Both the position numbers and the translations under genes were made by a program. Positions 1 through 13,737 of a DNA stretch of 64,000 nt are shown in pieces (position 1 is the stretch's first letter; every line of letters begins with the position of its first letter). The notes under the pieces are model-generated. The model made no database searches and was not told the DNA's origin. It saw only the letters and a program-made list of their open reading frames with translations. The stretch is from assembly GCA_964247055.1 (NCBI GenBank), contig OZ176053.1:7440001-7504000 (forward strand), in the 5' to 3' direction. This DNA comes from Paragordius varius. Its lineage: Eukaryota; Animalia; Nematomorpha.

Positions 1-14
1 TATGTCATATATAG

Positions 15-3000
15 ATTTGGGATATGAATCAAGATGGAAACATGTGCCCTACTGTCAATGTTACTCCTCACCAAACTCGCATAACTAAATTAGTTTGGTC
101 TCCAGACGCAACACGCATAATAACTGTCGGTGGAAGTAATAAAGTATGTATCTATTAAGGGTTACTTTAACAAAAGTTTTGTTGATTTAAAGTTAAAATA
201 ATATTGCGTTTACACTTAAAATTAATTACACGTGAAATTTAGATTGGTTAAGGGATTATATTTTATGAGTTTATATTCATATATGAATTTGCATAGGCAC
301 ATATCTGGAAAAAATGTAGCAGCAAAAACACGTATAAATGTATCAAAAGTTTACAGGGCCATTTAAATGAAATCGTTGACTGTGATTTATCCAGTGATGG
401 TAATATATTTTTCATTTATTTGTCAAAATTATATATATTTTTTTAAACGAGTTGTTATCCAATCAAAAATTACTTTTTTTTATAGTGGTGATAAAAAACT
501 ATATGCGATTAACGTTTTGTTAAATTAATGATAAAATATATAATATAAATATATGTTTCGATTATATATTGGTTAAATTTATTAAAATTTAATTATGTGA
601 CAATTACTTGAAACATTTGTGATTATTTCTGTGCAATTAAATAGTGTAAGATGCACTATATTAATAACTGGCTTCTAAAAGATCTTGTATCGCATAATTT
701 ACGAGAAAACTTTGTTAGACTTTATATATATCTTAAATAAACGGTTTTGCTTTCAATATTTTCTTGATTGGTTTTCATTTGGTCGCTTTTTTATTATTTT
801 ACATAATTATATTGAAATTAAAAATATCAATTTTCATCTGTCTTTTATGAGGCAAATTTTTTATTATTATTGAGATAGCGAAGCAGTTTCTTGATTTCAA
901 TCTACATTTTATATTATCATTAAAATTTGAATATTCCAGGTGCTTTACTATTAACTGCTTGCCTAGATTCCTATACCATTCTGTGGGATGCATATGAATA
1001 TGTGGCTATCAGAAAATTTGGGTAATTTTTATTTTATTTTTGGCAAATTTTGACACTCATTTTAAAAATTTATGAATACTTAATATAAATTTACAATATA
1101 AGGAGTTATTAATAAATTTACCAAACTTATTTTAAATTAAGATAAGGGTCATTTATTATTGATAATTATTTTATATAACCTATATGATTACTGCTCTAAA
1201 ATATATGGTCAATAAAGTACAAATAGGTTACACCCTGAATTGTTTATATCGCGATCAGTAAATGTATACATGAAATATAGATAATAAGGATAAAAAATAT
1301 AGTTTTTTAATATATTCCTTTCTTAGACAATTACTTTTTCAACATGACTTTTTACTTCAATTTTTAACAGTGGTTATTCTGAGTTTTTTTACATTCATAT
1401 TCCTATTATCACAGACACATGTTTCCACCCCCTCGGCCCATATTTGCTTCAGGTCCCAATGGACATGGTGTGAGAGGCGTTCAATTTATACCAGATACTT
1501 TTCTTTTTACCACTATCTCTGATGATGGGTATAATTTGGATTTTTTACTCGATCATGCCTTGTGATTTAATAAAGGGTTTTATGGCTAATTTGATTCAAA
1601 TCCATTCGTTGTTTATATAACAGAAAAATTAAATGATGCAAAATGGCTTATTTAAATTATTTAATACTGATTAAATATAGACATAACTGTACAACATTTT
1701 TATATGGTTTTGTTATATTTATGGTCATGTTTTATAAAAAGAGATGCATTTAAAACAGTAATCATTTTAGGTTTTGATTCATCTAAGGTTATCAATTTTT
1801 TATACTTTGCTAATTAAAGTGTATGTTTCTAGCTTCATGGTAAAACAAAAAGTTTATATTTATTTTGAAAAAAGCACAAAGAAAAAACCTTTTTTCAACC
1901 GTTCATATGCCAACATGACATTTAGTTTATTATTAAGGTTAATTTGAATGCAAAGATAATTATATATAATTTTCATATTACTTACTAATGCCAATTTTAT
2001 TTATGTGCATTGATGACAAACGTTTTTTTACAGCCAATTTTCTTGTCTAAAATTTCTATTGACCTTCAACTATTTTATATGATGCCTTTTGATTTGTTTT
2101 GAATATATTCCAAGTTTATATTATATGAAAAGGATATTAATTAATTTGTTTTATGTTTATATTTTCATCATTTAAATCTTATAATAACCATCTTTGTAAC
2201 AGATACATTCGTTTATGGGACATGTATTCTGATCAGGAAGTGCCAATTAAGATTGGCAGACAAGATTTTCCTTTGTGCTGTCGTTACACTAAACAACCAT
2301 CCATTTTAGCTACTGGGTATTTGTTTTTTAAACGCTTTTACTGCAAATTTTAGGGATTTTTATAAATATATTTGGTAATTTGCTACAATGTACTGTTTTA
2401 TTATAAAGACAGCGCATAACAAGTAGTAACACTTATTTTTTTAATAATATCATGTTTTTTAAAACTAGATGTTTTAATTACGGATAGTATTTATATTTGT
2501 AATCATTTTAGTTATATAAGTTTAAACATGATAAAAATATTGGTACTTTTCAGGTCATTTCTTTATAACAATAATTTTCTGGTAAATATGTTATATATAT
2601 ATTTTATATATATTTTTTTTGCATATAACAGTGATAAATATGGGAGGTTAATGATATGGGGTATGTGTGACAAGCATATTCATAGTGGACCAAATGGGAC
2701 ACGCCAACAATGCATAATAAATCAAGATACAAATTTAATGCGTATTTTATTAAATATATATCTAATCATATAGAAAACCATGTAAGTGACAATGATATAT
2801 TTCTCTCAAACCAACCTCAAAAACTTCAACATTTATGCAGGTTATTATTTTTTTATATTTAATATATTGGGGAGAAATAAATTTTTTTACAGACTATTTA
2901 ATATTTTTCTCTGGCCTAAAATCTGAATTTTTATTAAAGATTTATTCTTTTCTTATAATAGATCCACTCTCCGTTCCCTCATACCAGATACACATCGAAT

Positions 3001-3118
3001 AGATGCTTTATTTAGAAACGTTTTACCGCAAAAATTATTAGAATATCTCAAATATCATGATATTAAATGCGAGGATGAAGTTATTTCACCCAATTATCCA
3101 TATATTATATCACATTGA
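15..3118 (+). CDS. WSB1: WD repeat and SOCS box-containing protein (WSB1-like), 5'-partial, spliced
   Basis: GT-AG exons ~15-143, 297-399, 940-1021, 1415-1528, 2203-2316, 2632-2660, 2774-2840, 2962-3118 join in frame. They give WD repeats (IWDM..LVWSPD; LQGHLNEIVDCDLSSDG), the WSB-type segment HMFPPPRPIFASGPNGHGVR and a SOCS box (PQKLQHLCRSTLRSL..LPQKLLEYLKY). The start lies upstream of the window. Confidence 0.88.
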
Positions 3119-4099
3119 TTATTTATATATACCAATAAAAAGTATTTATATTTATTACGCCCATAATAATATTAGAATAAATATAATAATTTTACAATAA
3201 ATAAATATATAAATATTGCATATTTTACGTAAATTAATTATAATGTTCCGTTTTTGTTAAATGGTTTTTTAAATTTGTTAAGTTTTAAAAAAAATATTAA
3301 TTTATTTTGGGTTTTTTAATTCCGTATCATATTTGTTTGTCCCATAGTTATGATCATACACCTAAAATCTCTTTTTTGCACCTAAAAAACAGTTAGGTTT
3401 TTAAGTGGATGAATAGGCTAAAAATTTATATTTGCATTTTCACGAACCCAGTATTGACAAATTATTATTTGTGTCTAATATTAGCCATTACATTACACTC
3501 AGCATTTAATTTTAGTTCAATAAATTATTCGAGTTATATACACTGAGCATTTTACTAAAAATAATTTTTATTTAATACATAGTTCAATCAAAATGATGTT
3601 AGATTTATTTAATGATAGGATTGTGACAGAATTGTCGGAGGAAAGGATATATAGTGAATAATAAAAATTGATAAATATGATGGGATCCATTTGTTAAATA
3701 TATTTGTTTCAATATGTCTAATAATGAAAAAAAAATATTTTATTTCACTATATTATGGTTCTAATCACTTAAATTAATTTAAAATATATTATGATTTAAC
3801 ATAGGTACAGATTTAAAATTTTGCAAAAATAACATATGGAAATATGTCTCTAAAACAAATGAATTTTTGTTTTTGATGTCAACAGCCATCAGTCCCTAAA
3901 TAACTAATATTATCGTTTAAACAAATAATTAAATAATCTAAATCTAAGTCTAATAAAACTAATGCCAATAAAAATCCTTAAATAAAAATTAAAAAAGTTC
4001 TTTAACAAAATCGACAAATATTTGAAATATTTTGGTATAGTTAAAATGTACTTACACAAAATTAAAAAGTAATACGCTAAACGCAGTAATTCACATGGT

Positions 4100-7000
4100 T
4101 TATGCATAATAATCAAATTTCCGATTTATAGAATTAATATCGAGATAATTGTCTATTTCCCTGTTTATGTTAGCTATGGGGACAGTAATGTTATTAGGTG
4201 GTGGTATTTTCACAGCCAAACTACTTCGTATATGGAATCGTAAGTATGGCAAAAATACAGGATTTTGCCCATTACTCTTTTTCTCTTTTTTCTTCAGTAT
4301 CCAGATAGACGAAGGTTCGAGCCTTGTTTCGTTTTTATTGTCGATTTCACGTCTTAGTTCCATATATTTAACAAAGTTCTTTGATACCCAATGAGAATTT
4401 GTTCCATTAAAGTCCCTTTTCTTGGGTACTATTTTGTCCGCACTTCTTTTAAACTTTTTAGCCGGACGTATAAGTAGAGGAGCTATAATATTAGCAATTT
4501 TAAATACCTCCTCCTCCTGGTGGCATAGGATAAGGCTGAATGCCTTGAGAATTGGGATATGGCATGGGCAAGGGTCTATATCTCTTCCGGCAATTGGGCT
4601 AAAATTCGCATCAATGTATAATAAAGTTTGTAAAGATATTATTTCAATGCTCACTATTTTTCTATCACCTTTTTTTATTGTCCTAATTTTTACGGTCATT
4701 ACATTTTTGACTTAATATCGTTTTTTTAAAAATTTTGCATTTAATGGGACCAAGGCAGCAATGACAAAAAAGGTCATTTTTGTGCAATTTTCATGACTCA
4801 AAAAACTATAAAATAAAAAAATTCTAATAAAAATAATATAATAAAAATCGCTTTAAAAATTACTGGCGGACATCCATGTATACAAAATTGTATGCCACAT
4901 TCAAAGTACACGTGTTGTACATCAGGAAATTTGAACACTTTAAAAAATGCAAAAATAGTTATTCCCCCATTTTTATTGACGTCTTTCTGGAGTGGTCCCA
5001 TAAGTTTGGGCAAAATGGGACATCTTTCAAATTGATTTATATAGTAGAGTAGGTTAAATATTTTTTAATTACCAATTTACGTTATAACATTTTTCTTAAA
5101 TGCTTAAAATGTGAAAAGTATTATTAATGTATAAAAAGTTAAACCCGTTACTATCAATTAATCGGACTGAACTAAAACCCATTCCGTCATGTGCTGCACA
5201 ATCGAATACGGTGAAATCTAGTATTCCTGAATAATAGTTTAAAATTAGTGTCAAATAATTTTTCATACAAAAACAAATATAAAATTTTGGATTAATACTA
5301 ATGATTTTAAGTGACAATTTTCCACAGTTTTATGATTAAATTAAAATTGAAATGATTTATAATATTTTGGTTAATACGCGTTATATTTAACAATTAGTTT
5401 GCCGTAATATTAAATTTTCGAGTAATTAAATGTGCAACGACCAAATGAATTTATTAAAATATTTATGGCAAATGATTGGGAACCTCCTAACTTATGAGAA
5501 ACTATAGCAAGTGTCGCAATATCTCCCAATCTTAGCACGGTAGCTTTGGGCCCTTGAATACTTCGTCCTTGAAATATTTGCATCCAAGCAGGTGGCATAG
5601 CCATTCTATCCGGCACCACATTCTTGTAATCAGTTAATCTGTCAACATGGCAAAAAATGTTTGTTTCCCAAAACACATAGAAACAAAAATATTTTTAAGT
5701 TGAAATTTAATATCTATTAAGTTTGATTTTTTAGTTATTGATAATTAAGGTATGTTTATTTTTAGATACGGAACGGCAATCTTGGAGTAGAGTTTGGTTC
5801 CTTCCTCGCCTTGCATGATACAGCTAGTTTTGAAAGCCTGACTTTGACCCTCGAGAATTCCAATATCAGGCCTACACATAATAACAAGGACCACTTCGAA
5901 CCCCGACATTCCCCTGCGATCCGCATATGAGCCCTATATTATATTTTACTGTGAAACAGAATCATAAATTTTGGGTTAGCTTTAATATTTTTAAAGTTGT
6001 TTTCAATTTTAATTTAAATGAGAATACGGTATATATAGTCAAGTTCTAAATTCATGATGTGGCATAAATAATATGATTTTACATCGCTGAATTGCTCTGA
6101 TCCACATCCGTTTAAGGGTAGCACCATAGAAACAAATGGGGTATTTTGTCCTTGCGCCTTGCATCCTTTGACTTTATAATGACCTTTAGCGTAAATAAGT
6201 CCTCGGAATCCCTTGACAAACAAAAAATCTATCCTCATTTGATAGCGCTCGATATTGCAAAACACCCTAACATCTGCATATGATCAAATTTAATTATATT
6301 GTAAATCCAAATGGTATAAAAGCAGTTAAAAATCTAACCTGCTACTTGACATTGTTCATCTTGGTAGCCACTTGTTTCTTTCTTCCCATTTGGATTTATC
6401 ATGTCCATCGAGATTGGTGGAAAAGAGAATTGATTGTTCCCACCAGGTTGAGGCCTAAAAGACCCAACATCAATGTTCCATCTTGAATTTTTATTATTTA
6501 GGTTGGGTGGAAACGGTTTTTGCCCCATCATATTGTTATCATTATTAAAATTATTAAAGTTATCATTGTTATTGAGTCCTTTCCGTTGCGTATCAGGCCG
6601 AAAAGGTGGTGGCCCACCAATCACAGATAAATCGATGAAACTTCCATCATCGGGTAAGAAGGGAGGCAAAGCGTTACTATTCGTATTTCCATTTTTATTG
6701 GAGAACGATGGTTCAGGCCTCGCATTTATAGGATTTGAAGGGTTATTAAGTGGTCCGCTAAAGTATGCATTGTCTTGTTTATAACCGGGATTGATATTAG
6801 AGCCTTGCCCGGTGTTCGATTGAATTTTCCCATAGTAAGGATTCAAGATTGGAATTCTAGGTGGTCCACCTGGAACTAAGTTGTTGTTGTTGTTATTATC
6901 ATTATTGTTTTGCAAGATAGATTTTCCACCAATACTGTCGTAAGAAGAAAGTGGTGAACGAGGATTAGGAAAAATATCGATATCAGCTCGATTCTTTAAA

Positions 7001-7314
7001 GTGAGGTCACACTGAAAAAAGATACATTACTTTAAGCGTTATGGATAAATACCAGCAAGTTTAATGTGGTTAAAAAACAAATAAAATATCCTGTTTGTAT
7101 AATAAATAATGTTATATGAGCTTGTAAAACTATCTATCCCATAATTATTTTTCAATCTATGTAATAAGATAAAATGATGATTTAAATACCCAGACACATT
7201 TTCTATTAAAAACTTATCCCTTCATGGTATAAATAATCCATTAATATTTATATATCTTACCTTTTGTATCAATCGGAATACTAAACAAATTCTAAGTAGA
7301 GAAGTCAAATTCAT
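4100..7314 (-). CDS. Secreted ZP-domain protein (cuticlin/dusky-like) with Asn/Pro-rich N-terminal region
   Basis: Exon 1 7314-7261 (MNLTSLLRICLVFRLIQK, signal-like); exon 2 7011-6339 is N/P-rich. ZP-N: VFCNIERYQMRIDF..FRGLIYAKGHY..GC..LPLNGCG. ZP-C: LRLGDIATL, VFDCAAHDG, LIDSNGCP, FKVFKFPD..VYFECGIQFCIHGCPP|PNC. Then RKRYR, exon 4598-4508, a 25-nt intron and last exon 4482-4100. Confidence 0.85.
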
Positions 7315-8832
7315 TTATGTGGTTTGCGAAAGATTGGAAGAAATGGGGTTTTTCCGCGTTTTCTGTTCCATAAAAATAAGTGTTTTATATTCAAAATATT
7401 ATTTTAGATAAACAATATTTTGCAAAAACACGCTTTTAATAAATATTTTTTCAAAAAGTAATGAGAAAAATAGTGTTTTAACACTTTTTTCACTTGGTAA
7501 TTAATAAGGAAAAAGTTTTAATTGCACAAAATTATTTGAGCATAAAATCCATGTTATTGACACAAAAAACATTATAGAACCTTTTTTGTGTATAGCTGCT
7601 TACTTAGAGTGTATATCAATTACATATCACCAACATATTTTGATATTGTCCCATTTATCGAATTTATTATTATTATTATTATTTAAATAAATTAAAATAT
7701 TTAATTGATCCTCATTAAAAGTTAAAAAATATAAAAACAAATATGTGTTTGTTCTATTTCTCTCTCCTTTATAAATGTTAACTAACCTTCTGTAATTTTT
7801 GGGAAACCTATTATAAATTAGGAAATGGTGGGGAAAAAACATAAAATTCATAATTTTTGATTTGACAATACATAAACAAAATAAATAATTATAATATTTT
7901 TATTTTTCTATTGTAAACGATTATAACTTGAAAATAGCTTTATTTCAATATCGGAAAAGTACATGCTCATCAGTATTAGCTATTTATCGGGCTAACTCTA
8001 TGAGGGGGATTATATGGGACGAAGGGTCGGTCCACTGTAAACCAAATAAAATATCTTTATTAGTAGACTTGACTTAGTAAATTAGATCCTTTAAGTTTCA
8101 AAGATTGAGTTGGTCTCCAAATAATTTGTGAGCGTATCGGCTTTTTAAATTATTCGAGTGTACATTATATTTGATTATAAATTTGATCTTTTGGATCTAT
8201 AAAGTAAGAATAATAATACAATTCGCTATAGGTTTAAGTAGATGCCAATCTTTATCTCTATAGAACACATAATTAATTCGTAATAAATTAAAAAATGAAT
8301 TATGTATAAATTATCCATCTATAATTATGTTATTTAAATCTATTTAATTAATTTTTGGAGAGTAAATTTTTTGTTTGAAATTACAAAATTATAGTTAACC
8401 GCTATTTGGCTTTGTTACTGTTTGGTCATCAAAAAAAATTTAAATTAAACCACTTGTTTATTTGTTTTGCTAAACAAATTAAATAATTTAACTTTTGCTA
8501 TAAAATCTTGAATATATCTATATTTAATTATATTTGGTTTATACAATTATAAAAAAAACTTAAACTGTTAATTAATAAGGCTAACATCTACTTAAACAAT
8601 TTAATAATCTTATGGTATCTTAATGATGTTCAAGGCAAAGTTAATCGAAAATAAAAATACCGGTTTTCATAAATAATTAAGTGTGGCTTAAAAAATTATA
8701 AACCTAAATTTGAATCAATTATCGCGGTCGTTAAGGTCATTTGGTATTATAATTGGTTTGTATAAATCTAAATTTTTATAAAATTAATTTTGGCTTTATA
8801 ACACACATTTTATTTATATTTAAAAAACTATA

Positions 8833-10366
8833 ATGTTATTTCTTGGGATATTTGTCATAGTATTCAAGATATCAGCAATATTGCTTCTTGAAACCTATCA
8901 AGGGCCTCCCAACACAACAAGTAATTAATATTATTGTACTTTTTGAATAGATTATCAGTGGCGGTAATTAAAATCTGCAACCAGACCGTAAAATCAGGCT
9001 TGAATTATATTTTAGATCAAAGTCTAAATACTTTTAATATTTTAATTTAATCGAAATAAGTCCAAAAACATTCTAATATTTTTCTTTATGTGTATATATT
9101 TAATATTTAAATAGGATTGTCACCATTTATCAGCTTGAAACCTTACCAACATTCGATTAAAAAGTTTATAAGTATAGATGTACGAACCGGTGTCCCAAGG
9201 TTAGAAACGTGCAATGATACGCTCGTATTCAATCCCTATGTAATGTCATGCGTATCTATATCCAGTCTCATCACCGAATTTCGTGGCAAGGTGGAAGAAT
9301 TGTCACAGCTAAAAAATTTATATTTTCCTTCTTCATTACGTGGCACTAGCAGCAGCAGCAGCAGCAGAGGACGAAAGCTAATCATACCATCAATCCCTTA
9401 CAAAGCTAATGGACGCATAATCAGCAAACGGCAAATATTTGGCAGACCTCCGCCTCCTCCACCGCTCTTAGCAGGACCTCCTCCTCCTCCACCCCAACCA
9501 TTTCCGCCTCCACCGCCACCACCTCCGCCATTTTTCAATGGAAGACCACCGCCACCATTTCCACCTCCTCCTCCTCCACCCCCACCGCCATTTTTTAATG
9601 GCGGGCCCCCACTACCACCTGGGCCAGGACGGTTCCAACCACCGCCATTTCCTTTCCCGCCGCCTCCCCCGCCTCCGCCTATACCCTTCGGAAGACCGTT
9701 TCCCCCTCCGCCGCCATTTGGTTTTGGAGGGGGTGGTCCGCCCCCACCACCACCTCCTCCATTTAACAGATTTGGCGGTCAAAATGGAAGGCCACCGTTT
9801 GGTCCTCCCGTACGTATATTAATGTTACTTTTATAAATATAAACGAAATGGCTTTTAAATGTTTTTGGGCATTGTACTTAACTACTGATTCAGGCAAACG
9901 CTCTTACACTGCAGCCGGGTAAGCAAGTGTTTTAAGGGTATACGTAAGATTAACTATAAAGCAGAGTGTGCGTCTTGGTGTGAAATGATACAGACAACTG
10001 TTCATTATTTCTTTAATTAGTTAAAGTTATGGGAAGTGAGGTTTAAAGCATTCATGGCTAAAAATGCCCTATTCAGAGTAAAGAAGGATTTTTAATTTGA
10101 TTATCAATGATACTAATGAATTTGTATAAATACAACTATTTTTTGTTTTGCTTTAATTAATATAAACAGCAGCCATTAATTTAATTATACTATGCTCGGT
10201 AAAATTCATAATCATGCAAAGTTATGTTTATTATTCTTATCCTTATATGCATATAATTATATTTTCTTAGCCAGATCTAGACCCATCTAACCCACGGGTA
10301 TTTTCCTCAAACATCCCATTTGATTTTCCCTTTGACAATGGAGACACATTTGAGGATAATTTTTGA
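8833..10366 (+). CDS. Secreted Pro/Phe/Gly-rich proprotein with degenerate chitin-binding (CBM14-like) half motif
   Basis: Exons 8833-8920 (MLFLGIFVIVFKISAILLL, signal-like), 9115-9809 and 10271-10366 splice in frame with GT-AG. Contains TCNDTLVFNPYVMSC, a dibasic site ISKR|Q, then a ~125 aa PPPPF/GGPPP repeat region, ending PFDFPFDNGDTFEDNF*. Confidence 0.75.
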
Positions 10367-12561
10367 TACAATGGTTAATATTTGCCCTGTGATATGTTAC
10401 ATAAATATATTATTTAATAAATTAAAAGTTATTTAGTCAAAATTCGTACATTTTATATTTGTTTAGCTATTTTTATAATGTGATTAAATCGGAAAATGAT
10501 CATGTTTTTTATGGAGAGGAAAGATATGAATAATTGATTTCTGATTTATAAAAATATTCAGATTAAAGTCGGGTATAATTTTACAAATGTCGACATAATA
10601 AAATCTAAAATGTCTTAACATAAATATATTTCGTTTCGTTTAAAGTAATTGCCTAGTGATATTTGGATAAAAATGCTTATGATTTAACATTAACAATTTT
10701 TAGAGTGGCATAAGCTTGTGATGTATTGATTATTTAAGATCTGATTTGACCCTTATAAAATACATTGGATACTCTATAATAATGTGACCAGATATTTTTC
10801 ACTTTGACGCAGTACAAAATTAAAACATATTTTGCCTGTTTTTACACCATCGATGTGGTATATTACACAGTTTCCACAAAAAAATATCCAGATGTTTGCG
10901 AAGAAAAATTCTGGATTATCATGGCGCTTTTGAAATTTTTAGATGTGAGCTCTGAAAGTCCCAAATGCCCTCTTTTAAATGGACTGTTCTATTAAAATAA
11001 AAGCAAAAATTTCGACATTGTGCAATAATTTTAAATGTATGCTAAATTTTGATATTTTAAAAAATGGACACTTTCAAAAATTTAATTTTTAGCAAAATTT
11101 TGTTGAAGCGTACTTCGTAGTATTTTGGGCTGATGAAAACGATATAAACGGTTGAGATGTTACAACATTATATATATATATATATATATATAATTCGATT
11201 ATGCTAATTCTTAATCAAAATATGGATTAAAAGATTCGTTCGTTTTCAAATTTATGTTAAATAGAGAATGTGTTTTTTGATAAAAACTCACCAAAATTTG
11301 CAATCAAACAAACCTTTAAATCGAAATTCTGAACCTATAATAATGTTCAATATTCTCGGATTATTTAAAAGGGTTTAATCTTAACTCGTTATACCGTTTC
11401 CATCATTCAAAATAGTTTGAAGACGCTTCAACAAAATATCTCAAATTTGTTTATGCAAAAAAATAAGAAAACTAATAAAAATTAAAGTTTAGGGAAAAAA
11501 TCAAGTAATATACCTCCCACCTAATAAATATAGAAAACGTAAAAACTCTTTATTTTTTAATAAGAAAAAAAGATTATTTCAAAATGATATGCCATAAATT
11601 TTGCTTAATATGTTACGGGAATAACAATTTTCTTTATAATTTTCAGTTTAATAATTATAATAAAAAATGAACTTTCTAAACTTGGTCAAACATTTATTTA
11701 AATATCATAAATTAATTTATTTATTTTATAATTTTAAGCACCTCTTTTTGCGGACCTGAGTGAAAGAGCATCTTAAGGTGGAGTCCGAGGTTTATTTCGC
11801 CACTGCACAAAAGACTGCAATCATAAGTTTTTTGTATAATTCCAGCAGAAAATAAAACCAATTAAAAATAGGCCAATCTTAGTTTTTTACCGTTACAAAT
11901 TATGGGGTTATTTTTACAGAGAGTACTATATTTATTTCTAAAATAATTTTTTGAATATATAAAAGGTTATTTTATAAAAAATTAAATTCTTTTAATATCA
12001 AAAAGCAGTACAAAAGTGGGCGCAGTACAGGCGCAGTTTTTTTCTGAAAACCCAGTACTGTACTGCGAAAAACAGCCTCTCTGGTCACATTACTCTATAA
12101 TTTCTCCACAATTTTCAAAAATGTTAATAAAGACAAAAATTTCCATTGCAAAAGGAATGTGATTTGATTCTATTTATAGCCAAAATTTCTGAAACAGCCA
12201 ACAATAGCCCTCTTCACTGTATAATTCTGACTAAAATGCCTAAATTAAATTTTTTGGTGCCATCAATTATCGTTTTTACAACCTAATATTCAAATATTTA
12301 AAATAATGGCACAAATTTTTGTTTTCAATGTTGTCATAAAAAATATATAGTTTGTTTTCTCTTTTAAGTGCAAGATATCAAAAAATAAATGCAAATAACT
12401 ATAGATTAAAATTTCATATTAATTTGTTTAATATAACGAGTTACCAAAACGTTTATGTCCTACATTTTGTCATTGATTAGGCTCAGATATTCAAATTACT
12501 TAAAGATCTTTGATATTTTATCTATTTTAAACTTTTAACATTTTTTATCAAACGTATCAAG

Positions 12562-13737
12562 ATGTTTCTCAAATTCTCATTGCTTTTAGTATTCGTGTAT
12601 TGGTTTGAAGCAGGTTTTATACAAGATATTACAAGATTTATTAAACTTTGGAATCGATATGTAAATACAAATTAAAATATTGGCTTGCAATGCGATGGAA
12701 TATTTAAATGATAACATCGCAAAAAAGCCAATTTCTAATATAAAAAGTTGATAAATGCCCCTTTTAATAATCACAATCTAATGATTTTGCTTGGTAGTAT
12801 TAATTAGCAAATAAAAAAAATGACAAATATTTTTCAAGTATAGTAATGTTTTTATTTTAACTTAACCATTTTATCATTCCCAATCAATCAATCAATCAAT
12901 CAGCTAGGGGAAATGCAATTTTACGCCATAAACGATTTCTACCACTTGTTGCACCTTTACCACTTCCACCTCCGCCACCAGTTAATCCAATCGCTAATGC
13001 TGGACTTAATACATTAGCCCTGGCCCCTAATACGCTGAAAGCGGTTTTACCTGCATTTGCAGGTTATAGTCCGGCAGAGCTGCAAGTTATAACTGCCTTA
13101 CTTTCCCAACCAGGCCCCGCTGGTCAGGTGGCTGTTAAAGAATTACCAGTGCAAAGAGTTGTAGTCTCTCCTCCGATTATACAAAAAACAAAACCATACA
13201 TCCCCTTACCACAATATGGAGGAGGATATGGACCATCACCATATTACCCTTCAATGTATCAACCACCACCGTATCCACAAAATGTATCGTTTTTTATTTG
13301 TTTTTGCACAAATTATTTATCTCAATTTGCATAATGATGAAGAAAATATGAAAATTTTGACGATATATATATATATATATATACATGAAAATATGTTACC
13401 AAAGCTTTTCCAATTATATTTTTAGATAAACTTTTTCACAGAATTCAGTAATTCTTAAGATGTTACCGTCATTTTAAAATTATTAACCTTTATTGTATAA
13501 TACAAAGATTATCAATTAACCCTGAATCACTAAAATTTGTTAATACAGGTTATTGGGAAACATGACACAAAAGCATTAGAGAAGCAGATGTCAGATTTTT
13601 ATCAAAAATATTATGATAACTCGTCACCATTAGCTTACCCTCCTTTCCCCTACATCCCGGTGATACCCAAAACACCAAAAAGTGACACAAAAGATACGAA
13701 TTCCGATAAGAAAAATGAAGATGATCTAGAAGATTAA
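12562..13737 (+). CDS. Secreted Pro/Tyr-rich proprotein (cuticle/ECM-like)
   Basis: Exons 12562-12613 (MFLKFSLLLVFVYWFEA, signal-like), 12904-13283 and 13549-13737 join in frame. Furin-type RHKR precedes FLPLVAPLPLPPPPP, followed by YGGGYGPSPYYPSMYQPPPYP and an acidic C-terminus. Confidence 0.75.

Noticed and set aside
2742-2773. Possible 32-nt intron in WSB1
   Set aside because: A stronger GTATGT donor at 2661 has the same phase and gives spacing closer to WSB1 (W..SOCS box). The 113-nt intron is preferred, so this was not counted as a tiny intron.
4599-4800. N-terminal part of ORF 4100..4699, and an apparent single TAA suggesting read-through or an altered genetic code
   Set aside because: This stretch is intronic once the 4598-4508 exon is used. 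The ZP gene, PRODH2 and eIF6 all terminate normally at TAA, so there is no evidence for codon reassignment.
6280-6784. Plus-strand ORFs 6280..6486 and 6473..6784 (also 4149..4715)
   Set aside because: Antisense shadows of ZP-gene exons with no recognisable motif.
8921-8950. Possible 30-nt intron after the signal exon of the Pro-rich gene
   Set aside because: Using the AG at 8950 leads to stops. The acceptor at 9114 gives an open frame.
9894-9918. 25-nt AG/GT-bounded micro-exon candidate
   Set aside because: Inclusion shifts the frame of the last exon to an early stop. Direct 9809-10271 splicing gives a coherent product. It could be an alternative exon but is unsupported.
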